From Squalus acanthias (taxonomy: Eukaryota), in NCBI GenBank assembly GCA_030390025.1, contig CM059425.1, forward strand, positions 167,464,001 through 167,528,000: a stretch of DNA of 64,000 nucleotides, in the 5' to 3' direction. The translations under genes and the position numbers were made by a program. This document shows, in pieces, positions 13,444 to 25,771 of this stretch (position 1 is the stretch's first letter; every line of letters begins with the position of its first letter). Under the pieces are notes generated by a model, which had not been told where the DNA came from, made no database searches, and worked only from the letters and a program-made list of their open reading frames with translations.

Positions 13444-14320
13444 CGGGGCGATTTTGCTGGCGCTCAGGGGTCGGGTTTGGAGGCGGGACTGCTGGCCAAA
13501 TCAAAAAGATTGGCAGCGGGTCCCGAACTCGCTTCCAACCCACCTCCAATCAATCTTCCTGGGAGTCGGGTCCCCGATTTGCGTAGGGACCCGACTCCTA
13601 GCGGCGGGAAGAGGATTATAGCCACTTAACTGCTTGTTAACAGGTAGTTAACAGGCAGTTAAGAGGCTTATTCCAATTTTGCCAGGTCGACTGCGGGCTT
13701 CCCGACATTCGGACACAACGCCAGGTAAGTGTGGCGTGTTGTGAGTCTACTGTAATGTTTCTTCATTAATGATAGCTGCAGAAGTGGTGTGAAGGATCCA
13801 ATGGTACACTGGTGCGTTTCAGAGGTAAGGAAATGCTGGGGAAATCATTTTTAATGTATTAAGACTTTTTTGTAGGTAATAAGGTTTGAAGTGTTTGTGT
13901 AGTCCCACCTCATTGGGAGAACCTCTCTCACCAGTGACAGATCGCTTCTGTAACCTCACCTGCAGCTGCCATCTGTTTTTTCCTAAGGCGAGAGTCTCTG
14001 GAGCTCCTGGGTGCAAGGGCTCACCTTTGTACAGTGATTGGCAGTGTTTGCAGCACCACAATGCTGTCAAACACTGAAAAATCATCTGTCAAACAAAACT
14101 GAGCATGTCCCCTTTAAGAAAATTGGCAGATGATGCGTCATCAACTGACATCATCTGACACCGGCTTTCTCTTAATTGGTCGGCAAGCCCGCAGGGCGGG
14201 CTTAACAAGGCCAATTGATGCAAAATAGCGTCTGTGCGTCGGACGTGGTTGGGGGCGGGATTGGAACCCGCAAGTCAGCTGACCCGCTCCCAACTCGCAC
14301 TGAAAGGTAAGATCGCACCC
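13444..14320. mobile_element. Harbinger-type MITE, family M1
   Basis: Termini CGGGGCGATTTT / AAGATCGCACCC; exact 3-bp TSD TCT within the CR1; homologous (opposite orientation) to 21721-22562 and 47214-48003. Confidence 0.85.
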
Positions 14321-14962
14321 TCTGTTTTCTGTCCGTTAACCAATCCTCAATCCATGCTAGTATATTACCCCAATCCCATGAGCCCTGATTTTGTTTAATA
14401 ACCTCTTGTGTGGCACCTTATTGAATACCTTCTGAAAATCCAAATACACCACATCCACTAGTTCCTCGTTATCTATTCTGCTTGTTACAACCTCAAAAAA
14501 CTCTAACAGATTTGTCAAACACGATTTGCCTTTCATAAATCAGTGTTGATTCTGCCCAATCCTATTATTATTTTCTAAGTGCCCTGTTACCACGTCCTTA
14601 ATAATAGATTCTAGCATTTTCCCTACTACTGATGTCAGGCTAACTGGTCTGTAGTTCCCCGTTTTCTCTCTCCCTCCTTTCTTAAATAATGGGGTTACAT
14701 TTGCTACATTCCAATCCACAGGAACCGTTCTAGAATCTATAGAATTTTGGAAAATGACAACCAATGCATCCACTATCTCTATAGCCAACTCTTTCAAAAC
14801 CCTAGGATGTAGGTCATCAGGTCAAGGGGATTTATCGGCTTTCAGTCCCATTAATTTCTCCAGTACTACTTTTTTACTAATACTAATTTCTTCCAGTTCC
14901 TCATTCTCGCTAGACCCTTGGTTCTCCACTATTTCTGGGAAGTTTTTGCGTCTTCTTCTGTG

Positions 14963-17900
14963 GAGGAGGCGGGTTTGGAGACGCGTCTGTTGGGAAAATC
15001 GGGAAAAATGGCTTCAGACACCCAACCCGCCTCCATCCCGCCCCCACCCGATTTTCCCGAGAGTCTGTTTAGCCGCTCCCAAACTGACCCGTCTCCAACC
15101 GGTGGGATAGTTAAGGATAGATAAGGCAGTTAACAGCCTGTTAACTGCCTTGATAATCCTATTTTCATAGTGGTTTCCCATTTTCCTGCTTCTGGCTCCT
15201 GTTTCCCTACTGGTCAGAAACAGGCCAGGTTCAAGGAGATGAGTTGCTGGAGGACATGATTTGTATGCATTGGTGGAGTGCTTTAAAAGCGCCCTTGAAA
15301 CATGGCTGACATTCAAATGCAACAACTTTGCTGTTGTAGGTATGGGATAAGATTTTGTACATCTACTGACCTTCTGACTGTTCAAGCTGACACCCATCTG
15401 CAGTGTGTCATGAATGGAATTGTTTCAGGCCAATTCGACTGTGCGCTTGCAAGATTGTTACCTCAAATGAAATCTATAGCAAGGGGATGGGAAACATTTA
15501 TGCCCTCCCATCCTGCTCCTCATAATCGAGGGAGTAGCAGCCGCATGGCTTAGCACAGATCTTCCTGGGAAGAGGAGTAGGAGGAGGACGAGGGGAGCCT
15601 TGCATGCCCTGTTGTGAGCATCCCTCCAGTTCACTGCTGCCCGTCAACCAGGGTATGCACACTGCCATGCCACACTACCATAAGCCTTACTATTCAACCA
15701 TAGGTGGCCACCATATGGATCTGTAATTGCAGGCGACACTTGTCCAACGCCATACTTCATCTCTGCTATACCCTGTTATTTCCTATCACTTTTACCATCA
15801 GCATTACAGATGCAAGTCGCTCTGAGCCCTCAATGCGCTTTTGCCATTTCCCATAACACATAGGCCACACAATCAACTGTTTGACATAATTTATCTTTAA
15901 CACATGACAAAAGGATAATATACCAGCAAGAGTCAGAAAAAAAAGAAACATCACCCAAGTGAGTCCCCTTATGACTATAGGTGCTTCATCTTTCTCTTAA
16001 GCGTGCTTCTACATGGTGCTTCCCCTGTGGCTTCAGCAGATGTTGAGGCACCTTGCTGACTAGGATGCTGCGCCTGCTTAGACGCTTTTAGCGGGCGTCC
16101 TCTGGGTTAAGGAGCCTGGGAGGACTCTTCATCAGACTGCTCTTCCTATGGCTGTGTGGGGGCTGAAATGGCCATCTCAGTTGTCTCTGCAAAGTGGGTC
16201 TCTTACCGAGGGCTCCACAGTGGCATGGTCGTGTGAGGGCTTTGAGAGGAGCCACACTTCCTCTGTCCTGCCAACAACATCCCTCTCATGGGTCAGCCGC
16301 ACCTCAGTGCTAGCAAGTGGCTGGAGAGCACCTTGCTGTACTTCAGAGGGACCATGATGACCCGTATCTGCACTGGCAGTCCTCATCAAAAGGACATCCA
16401 TGAAGCTCTGGTCTCTCTGCTCAATAGCTGCCCATCGCTCCTCCAGCGATGTCATTTTATTCTGAACAGTCACGATGTTTTCCTGACTCTGGTGACTTAT
16501 TTCCTCCATGGCCATAGCCATCCTTTCCATTGAGGTAGTCAGCCTTTCCACGGAGGTTGCCATCCTATCCATGGTGGTGCGTTCATGCGCCATTGCCTCC
16601 ACCACGGCAGTGCTGATGTTACAGATGGACTCCTCCATTCTCTCCACACTTGCACTAACCCTGGAGGCAAACCCTTCCAGAGACACCTGTACTTGTTCCT
16701 GTATTTCACGAACCGCTCTTTTTCTGGATGGCCCCAGAGGCACAGCGTCTGCATGCAGCTCAGCAGAGCTAGGAGAGTCCTGCGCCCTCCGCCGAGGACT
16801 CTCCACTGCTGTCGCTGTCTCCACCATCTGCTGATGCTCACTTGTATGCTCTGATAGACCAGGTGGCAACACTACTCTAACTCGCGATGGCCCCACCGAG
16901 GTGAGCGTTGCTGCTCTGGTGCTGGGTGCGCTGAGTCCTGGTGACGCTGCTCCCTCAGAGGCTTCAGGTTCCTCTGAGGAGTTGTCCGGCTCTTCGTCCT
17001 GGATCGTGGGGAGGGGGGCGCTCGATGGTCCTGTGGGTGAGTAAAGGCATGATTTAGACATCTGATATTGATGTAGCCGACACATCCTTTTGAGCAGATG
17101 ATACAAAGCGATTGTCTATGAACATCATATTCCATTGCTTTCTGCGAGGGATGAAACTCTATTATGTCACCAGCTTCCTCCAGTGTGCCCGTCTCTCCAT
17201 CGCCCACTTCCAGGTCCTCACCACCTCCAACAATCTCGTTTGCTGCCTCCTCAGCACTGGTCAATGTTGCAAGGCTAGGTTTTCCTCCTCCAGTCAGTGC
17301 TCTCTCCCTCTTATTGTGGGCTATCTTTTCCTGCAAGGAGGGACACAAGCGGTGTTTCAGCCACAGTGATGGAGTGAGTGTGATTAATCCCTACCATTGA
17401 AGCTTTGAGTGAGACGAAGATGGGGTAAGGTGCCAAGAGGAAGGTAGCTCCCTGTGCGTTGTTAGTTGTTGTCACTGCATAACAGTGAGAGCGAGTGTAA
17501 GGGTTGCACAGGCAGGATGCTGAAGTGATTCAGTGCAGCGACAAAGATGGACAGGAAAGGGTGCAAGGGAAGTCAGAGTAAGGTGGGATGTGATGGAGGA
17601 GGCTTACAACGCAGAGTGCTGGTGATAAGAGAAGGGAAGCAGAGGGAAGGCAAGTGAGATGGGATACTCACTTTTGATGTTCTCACAAGATCATTAAACC
17701 TTTTGCAGCACTGGATCCATGACCGTGCATATATGGACCTTGCGCTGACCTCCTTCGCAATGTGCAGCCAGGCTGCCTTGGTCTGCTGAGGAGGCTTCCT
17801 CCGGCCATCAGGAGGGAAGATAATCTCCCTGCGCCCTCTGACAGCATCCACAAGAACTTGGAGGGACTCATCATTAAAACGAGGAGCTGCCTTGCCTCCG

Positions 17901-18173
17901 GAAGAAGTCATAGCTTTTAAAAGAAGTGCAGGAAACCACAATAGAAAGGCTCAGGCTGGATGGCAGCTTTAAAAGCAGCTGCTATTATGACATCATCAGA
18001 GGCGGCCAGCCGACCCGATCCCACTCATTGAACCGGCCAGTGCACCTCCATGAAATTAACAAGCTAGTTTAATAAAAATCGCAACTCTGCAGCTGTTCCC
18101 GCCGGAAGCGGCTCCTGAACCCGCCCACCACGCAACCCGACTCCAACCCACCTCGGGAATTAAAATCGAGCCC
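14963..18173 (-). mobile_element. Non-autonomous PIF/Harbinger element carrying a Myb/SANT-like gene, nuclease gene deleted
   Basis: Right TIR AAAATCGAGCCC at 18162-18173; left TIR lost but subterminal GAGGAGGCGGG sequence matches the end of the 3306-4692 element; no DDE ORF found. Confidence 0.85.
16177..17911 (-). CDS. Harbinger Myb/SANT-like (MSANTD/NAIF1-type) DNA-binding protein, 3 exons: 17672-17911, 17171-17330, 16177-17030 (about 417 aa)
   Basis: APRFNDESLQVLVDAV..W..IAKEV..RSWIQCCKRFNDL motif. GT/AG junctions in phases 0 and 1 give an open spliced frame. The family's basic C-terminus at about 15980-16050 is out of frame. Confidence 0.65.
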
Positions 18174-18987
18174 AAAGTATTTGTTTAATTTCTCTGTCAT
18201 TTCCTTATTCCTCATTATAATTTCTCCTGTCTCAGCCTGTAAGGGACCCACATTTACTTTCGCTTTTTACACACCTATAGAAGCTTTTACGGTCTGTTTT
18301 TATGTCTCTCGCTAGTTTACTCTCATATTCTATTTTCCCATTCTTTATCAATTTCTTGGTCCTCATTTGCTGAATTCTAAAATCCTCCCAATCCTCAGGC
18401 CTACTACTCTTTTTGGCAGCATTATAAGCCTCTTCCTTTGACCTAATACTATCTTTAACTAATACTAATTGGTGGCTAGCACTGCCGCCCAAACAGGCAG
18501 ATGTCTTATTTCAATCGGGTCCCACGCTAGTTGTAGGAACCTGATGCTAACTCTGGGTGATGCATGAGTTCTTAAAGGAACTGATGGATGCCACACTGAA
18601 AACAGCACAAGCAAGTGTTCCGAATCATTTTTGAGGGGTCAGAGAGACCATGAATGCTTCTCTTGGCATCATAAAGATCTTTCGGCCAAATAACTGATCC
18701 TTCTGTGTCCCCTCCACCCCCGAAATTGCCTCTATCCTCTTTAAGTATGGGCTTCCAGCTCAGCTCCGTGGAGGAGCGTTCAGATTCCCCATCCTCCCTC
18801 CCATGATCTGGGAGCTGCTGTCAGCGATAATTGACCACTAACATGAACCATGAAAATGATTCGTGCCTCCCACTGATGCCATTGGGCAGGCATAGCGGGC
18901 CGACCGCGTACCCTATTTGTATCAGAGCAGAAAATCACATCTATTTAGCTCTGATAATATTAAGCCAATTGCGATATTGAATGCAAT

Positions 18988-19573
18988 GGCCTGAATTTTA
19001 ATGGGGAAGGCGGGTTGGGGGTGGGGGGCTCCGAAGCGGTCGGGAAACCCGGGAGAACGGGTTTCCTGCAAGCCTTGTCAAATTTAATGGCAGGGCCTGT
19101 TTCCCACCTGCAGCCAGCCAGATTGAGAGGCTGGCTGGCTGCGGCCGGGTAGGCCTGTGCACTAGGCTGTAGAGAGGAGGGAGGGAGGGATTGCGTAGAG
19201 GCTGGCTGGAGGAGCACGGGGAGGGGGCGGGTGTGTTGGCAAAGTTCAAAAGATTGGCGTCCGGAGGAGCACTATAAGCCTCTTCCTTTGATCAGGGGGC
19301 GGGTGTGGGCAAAGATCAGTAGCCAGAGGAGCAGGGGGTGGTTGGAGGAGCAGTGGGGAGGGGGTCGGCAACGATCAGGGTTGGAGGAGCAGTGGGGAGG
19401 GGGTCGGCAACGATCAGGGTTGGAGGAGAAGTGGCGGCGGGGGGGGGGGGGGGTGGTTTCGAAGCATCATCGGTGGGCCAGTGGGCGGGTTGTGGTCGGG
19501 AACCAGATTTTTAACACTTTAACTTCCCACACGACCCCAACCCACCTGTTTTTTTTAGGTTAAAATTCCCCCC
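18988..19573. mobile_element. G-rich Harbinger-type MITE
   Basis: TIRs GGCCTGAATTTTAA / TTAAAATTCCCCCC, exact TSD AAT, internal 39-bp tandem duplication at about 19340-19430. Confidence 0.8.
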
Positions 19574-21029
19574 AATATTTCAACACTTGAGCAATTCAGA
19601 TAAAGAATATAACTGGTGTGGATTCAGCAATACACAATAACTGTGGAAGAAAACAGGGTTGATTTCCCAGTCTTTTGTGTGTCCAATCTCAGCCATGCTA
19701 CTAAAGAAGGCAGTATGGAACCTACACGCGAAAATCAAAGAGAGGGTTGTGTATGGGCTGCTCTTGTTCCCTTCTCCAATAGCACATGGGAGCAGGTCAC
19801 CAGCCCAGGCCAGTGTAAAGCTCCAGGAGACTGGAAAGAAAGTAAAGGAACTCATATCCTCAAAAAAATGCATCCTGCTAATGTTACATTCTTCAGACGA
19901 TAATGTACCATATTTACAAATCAAAATCAAACAACTCACTACTCACATTTGATTCTGAATGAACTATTTGGTTTTGAATGAGCTTGAGTATCAAATTGCT
20001 TTAGGAATTTCAGGGGAAAAAATTAAAAAGAAAATCTCTAAAATATTAAAATTCCTAGCACTCTTGTTGCTGAACATGCTTCAATGTCTCCACTTATTTC
20101 TTAATTGGCTCAAAGTCCCTTGGTGGCTTTCTCTTATTAGTCCTGTTAGCTAATATTGGTTGAAATGACTGGTCACGCTACCAGTTTATACATCCTGCTT
20201 GTGTTAAGACTTATTAGTATCATGCCATTTCTTTTAAATACGTTTTTTTCCTTTTTTGCATCTCACGTTATTGTAATGTATCTCACATACAAGTGAATTA
20301 GTCTGCAATAGCAGTAGGTGACTTTGAAAAGTCACCACAAGTTCAAATCTTTTATAATTGCATCTTCTCAGAATTTAATATGTCAGCAGTATCACAATAC
20401 TAATGTGGAGAAATTGTAACCTTAGAAGACGGGACTGCTATTATAGTAGCTCTACTGTCCACATTTATTGTTGCTTCCAGAACATGATGCTGCTCACTAC
20501 TCTCTTTTAGTTTTGAATATTTCAATAAGAATCATTAAAACGGAAGAGGAATAATCTTGAGCATATCTAAATGATAACCAAGAAAATATAGTGGACTGTG
20601 GGGCATGAAGAGTGAAGGAGTCAAAAATGACATCACAGGTGACCTGATTCTATCAGGAAAATATATTTTATCAGCCCCCACAGCTTGATATGACTTGTAA
20701 ATCAAGGCCACAACTAGAATCCAGTTCTTTCTGCCTTTCTGCTGCTGTTAGTTTCCACGTGTATCAGCTGGCCTACAGAACTTAAGCAGTTTGAGATGCT
20801 AATTCCTTCCATAAAGAGCCGCTAGCCAATTTTCTAAATTATACACTTTGTTACTCAATTTTATGCTTATCAAGGTGAACAATGTACTAGAAGCTAGAAC
20901 TATTGTTTAAACTGGATGCACAAAGAGGAACAGTGAACTGTCTATTTTATTTCACTTGTGAGCAAGATTTTCTTAAGGCACTGATCACATAGGAGCTATG
21001 TGAATAAACTGGAAATTTACAGGTTCTTC

Positions 21030-21410
21030 CAATGGTTCAATGCACCACATACTATGATACCGAGATGTACCGTCCCAGTTTCGATCATAGGTCTGTGATC
21101 CTTGCTAATCTCATGGGGCAATGGTGGGGATGGCTACAGTTGGTCTCTGAACCCCTGGGCTAAAGATGGGTGTGGAGGGGGAGGCAATCACCCTGGATTT
21201 CTACACCTATCTGTTATTCAGTGACCCTCTTACTCGAAAGGAAACATCCTTTCTGAGGATAGGATCAGGCTCAAATGCTGCCCACATTCAAATATCTGCC
21301 AACAGCCATCATCTGGATTCGTATGTGGCACAAGATAATGGAGGGCTGTTGGTGTCCCTGGAGTTGTACTCCACAAAAATTCAGTGCCTTCAAGGGTGGA
21401 GGGGATAGAA
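21030..21410 (+). repeat. Old SINE-like interspersed repeat (diverged relative at about 23520-23880)
   Basis: Collinear similarity by eye between the two stretches (tgaccctc, ctcggctgtgatgcc/ctcaaatgctgcc, tcaaata, cttca.gg); family not assigned. Confidence 0.35.
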
Positions 21411-21720
21411 CTTAGAGGAAAATGGGTATCATACTGTGCCCACTCTACAAGTCCTGGACATTTTTGTCAGAATTTTTTTAAACAAATTTGATTCTCATTT
21501 ACCTTGGATATGATTGTTTATTCCAGATCTCACAGCTAGAAGGGAAATATAACTTCCCAAAACTGTTAAGGATTCAGGCTGATGTCATAAGCTACTGCAT
21601 TGTAATGGTTTTCCTGTTTGCAAGTGCTTCCTGTAAACCACTTCCTTTAATTCTTTATTAATAGAAAATGCAGTCAATTATGAAATGCAACTGAAAACGT
21701 CAAAAAAAATTCCAGCTTAT

Positions 21721-22562
21721 GGGCTGGATTTTACTTACTGAGACGAGTTGGGGGCGGGACTGCTGCCTTCCAGGTTCTAGTCCTGCCCCCAGCGATGTCT
21801 GACGAACTGACGTTATTTTGACCTGATTGGCCTTGTTAAGCCCGCCCTGTGGGCTTGCCGGCCAATTAAGGGAAAGCCGATGTCAGATGATGTCAGTTGA
21901 TGACGCTTCATCTGCCGGTTTTCTTAAAGGCATATGCACCACACTTGTTTGACAGATGATTTGACAGTGTTTGACAGCATTGAGGTGCTGTCAAACACTG
22001 ACAATCACTGTACACAGGTGAGCCCTTGGACCCAGGCTCTCCAATTACTCCCTCCTTAGGATAAAACAAATGGCAGCTGCAGCTGAGATTGCAGAAGCCA
22101 TCTGTCACTTCTCCCGATGAGATGAGCCGACACAAACACTTCACAGAAACATCTAAACACATTAAACATTACTTTCATAACATTTCCTTACCTCTGATAC
22201 TAACCATTGTCACTTTGCATCCTTCACACCAATTCTGCAGCTGTCATCCAAACACCAACATAACAACAGACCCACAGCACGCCTCACTTACCCTGGCGGG
22301 GTTCTCCGACATCAGGAAGCCCGCAGCAGAAGGCTCAAAATGGGAAAAAGCCTCTTAACTGCCTGTTAACAGGCAGTTAAGTGGCTATAATCCTCTTCCC
22401 GCCACTAGGAGTCGGGTCCCTGTGCAAATCGGGAACCCGACTCCCGGGAAGATTGGTTGGAGGTGGGTTGGGAGTGGGTTCGGGACCTACTCCCATTTTT
22501 TTTGAATTTCCCAGCAGTCCCGCCTCCAAACCCACCTCCTCAGGGTTGGTAATATCCAGCCC
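21721..22562. mobile_element. Harbinger-type MITE, family M1
   Basis: TIRs GGGCTGGATTTTAC / GTAATATCCAGCCC; homologous to 13444-14320 and 47214-48003; TSD not preserved. Confidence 0.85.
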
Positions 22563-25500
22563 AAGTGTCTGCAACAGGAACTTCCTTGCCATTGTCTCTT
22601 AAAAGGAAGGAAATTTAAAGAAAAACTTCAGCTGTTTGGTTCTCAAAGGTCCAAGTGGCCTTCTGCTGTTAGCAGAACTGCTCAGCTGAATATAGTAATA
22701 TCAAAAGTGACCGTGTGAACTGATTTAGCTCCAGCCACAATGTCATGTAAGCTTTAAATTGAAAAAGTTTCCTACGTATATTGTGCATTTGTCCAATAAG
22801 AGCAGCTTTAACAACAGAAAAGTTGATTGCGTTCTGGGCACCATATGATAGATATCATTCCAAAATCTCTCTTTTAAGTAATATTTTCTAAGTAAATGCA
22901 TTACATTTACAAACTTTTATTGTAATGTATGTAGTCTATCTTTCAGTGATGAGGGAAACTACATCTGGCAATTTTATTCCTCAGAAACTCAACTGAAAAC
23001 ATCAATAACCAATATAACACCCTAGTGCTAATTCAGCAAACTAGCTAAATGCTGTAAAGAATAAATAAATATAGCATAATGCATTATGATAGTTAATGTG
23101 GAAATACTTTTGGAAATGTTAGAAGGCATGCATGATTTGTATTTGACATTTGATTGTCAGTAGTATTTTCCATGGGTGTTCTAGAGCCTGTCACCTGATA
23201 CTTAGCACCAAATGGTAACACACTGCAGTTACACATAATAACCGAGATCTAAAAAAATACTTTTCCCAATCAAATTTTCTTCCTTTTTATCCTGAAAATG
23301 CTGACCTATGTTTGGTACAATTTCTAGAGCATCAGCCTTGCCATTCTTGATCCATGGGCTAGATAGTGAGGGTCACCAGCTTGAACTGAGGAGCGATGGG
23401 GTTTAACAGCCAAACCTGACCCTTTTTCACTTGACATCCACACAGGTGCATTTTCCAACAGGAGTCACTGGATAGTGGTCAGGAGTCAAAGCCCTGCCTG
23501 GTATGAACCTGACCAGGTAGACCAGGAAAGTTGCAGGCTCTAATCCTAGTAAGTGCTAAATTAGCTGAATTTATCCAGGGAAGAAGAAGGAATATTACAA
23601 TTAGTCTCAGTAATTCTGGTCTAGGAAAGGGAATTCCAGCCAGAAATCCCATTCTTCATCATTTCTTGTAATGACCCTCCCTCTCCACTCCCATTTGGAA
23701 AATGCATGCCTGTGGCCATTGCATAAGGACATATTGAAACTCGGCTGTGATGCCCCCCACAGTCAAATAGATTTCAACTTTCACTGTCTAGACTCATACA
23801 TGATGAATGATACTTGTGAAAAGTATCAAAGGATGATCGGTACCTATGGAATCAGATTTACCCCTGTCTTCAGGAGAGGAAAAGATAAAATAGTAACAAA
23901 AACAGTAATCAGTAGTAGTAATAGTAAAAAAAGGACAGTTTTACCTAATTAGAAGAAGCTATAAAATATGCTAAACTAAAAATCACAGATGGGAACTGTA
24001 ATCCTGACTATTATTGCAATTGAAAACAAGTTATGGGTGACTAATATGCTATAGGGCTTTTTAATGTCCTAGTTCACATGTAACTAGGATTAGGATTTTG
24101 CTGCTAGCCAATTCAAAGTAGATTCTTCCTGCAATTGACTGTCAAAAAATAATCTGAAACTACTACATGTCCCATGTTCCATATTCAATACGTCTCCAGA
24201 TTCTATGTCACAAATTCAATATTCCTGCAGGCCATGTGCCATAAAGTCGATATTCCTTCAGGTTCGCTATGTCATATGGCTTCATCAAATAGCAACAGAA
24301 ATGCATCATAACAAGAAAATAATTGTAAAAATAAAATTCACTACATAGTGTATATAAACAGTAACAGGTAATGTCTTAGTGCATTTAAGACAGTGGCCCA
24401 ATCTCATTGTTCAAATGAGTAACTCAAGCTTTATTCACAGTTTAACTGAACCTCTCAACACAACTACTGTCTTGAAATCCACTGAGAGATATCCACTGTC
24501 CTCGCTCCCTAATATATATATCTATTAGAGATATTTAAAGGCATAAAACCAAACCTGTCTTTGATAACAAAATCTGTCCGGAGATCTGCAAGTCCCTCCA
24601 CAGCCCATTATTATAGTTTCTATCCTGTACTAAGAGTTGAGGGGGTGTGTTGAAGTATTTATCTTTATTCTTTATTTTTGGAAACATTGTTATCCAGCTC
24701 ACTTCATTTTAATATCAGTGAATACAGATTGAAATGTTGTTATAACTGTGAACAAACATTAACATTAGGATTTAACAGTAAAATTTATTCACAAAAAATC
24801 ATTTTTCCCCATGATATTTACCCCTGAATTGCATGTCTGTGTAGTTTCACAAGCTAGCTGACTAATAACCAGCTAGGCCACCTGCTACATAACCGCATTT
24901 CAGTTTCTGTTTTTTTTTAATTGTTACATTTTTTTCACAGCAATAGTGAAAGTATAAGAGACTATGCAGCCCTGTGGACACTCCTCTATTAATATCAACT
25001 ACTGTCTGAGGAATACCCATGGTGCATTAAACATTTCTATCATTAGTGCTCATATTACTCAATTATGTACATCATAATATGAGTACTGCCTACAATTTAA
25101 AATGTTCAGCTAAATGTCAGGTGTCTTGGGGCAGAGGAAGTATGATGACTAGAATAGTAACAGCAAATGCTTTATTACAATTCATATACCAAAGATCAGA
25201 TTAACTCTATCTCTGACATTCTTTTCTACTCTGAACTGTGATCATATATATTGGTTGCAAAGTTGAAAAAATAAAGCGAAAACGCACAAATACCTACTGG
25301 GCTCCAAGATCATGCTAAAACCTTTAATGAGCTTTGCTGGGTGGTGATTGGGTGTAAAATGTGGCCTTAATATACAGCAGGGGCCTGGCAAACTTCTTAC
25401 ATGAATTGCTGAATGCGTTTTATTTCCTGTTCTGTTGTGTTCTAACAATAAAACCAAACTCACTCTCGTTATTGTTCATTTCCTACTGAAATTAATTCTT

Positions 25501-25639
25501 TTGGAATTAGTACAGTACTACTGTAAAAGGGGTAAAATATACTTAGTTGTATTATGATGTTAGTTGTACAATGTGAACACAGCTTTTCAATGCCTACAAC
25601 ATCAGATGACTTCATTTGATCATTTTTTTAATTTTATAC

Positions 25640-25771
25640 CTGATCTTGACTACCAGGGATGCATTGTTTTTCCAACCCTTCACAGAGTGCTCGAAGCGTG
25701 GAAGCACATTCTTCCTATTTAATTTACTGGATGTATTAACCATCAGTCTGGTTGGACTCGCTTCTCCATCC
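25640..25771 (-). CDS. ST8SIA4: ST8SIA4 coding exon 2 (stem, start of polybasic region)
   Basis: tttcAG acceptor and AG|GTATAA donor; 132 bp; encodes (G)DGEASPTRLMVNTSSKLNRKNVLPRFEHSVKGWKNNASLVVKIR with NTS and NAS sequons; phase 2 at both ends. Confidence 0.93.

Larger units (their letters stand above)
13092..18462 (-). mobile_element. CR1 LINE split into three pieces (13092-13443, 14321-14962, 18174-18462) by Harbinger insertions
   Basis: aacataag tail at about 13094-13107; VTPLFKKGGREKTGNYRPVSLTSVVGKMLE at 14540-14797; sequence continuous across the inserts. Confidence 0.88.

Noticed and set aside
13819..14085. Similar short ORFs here and at 21908-22162 suggesting a small gene family
   Set aside because: Both lie inside copies of the same MITE; the similarity is repeat-derived.
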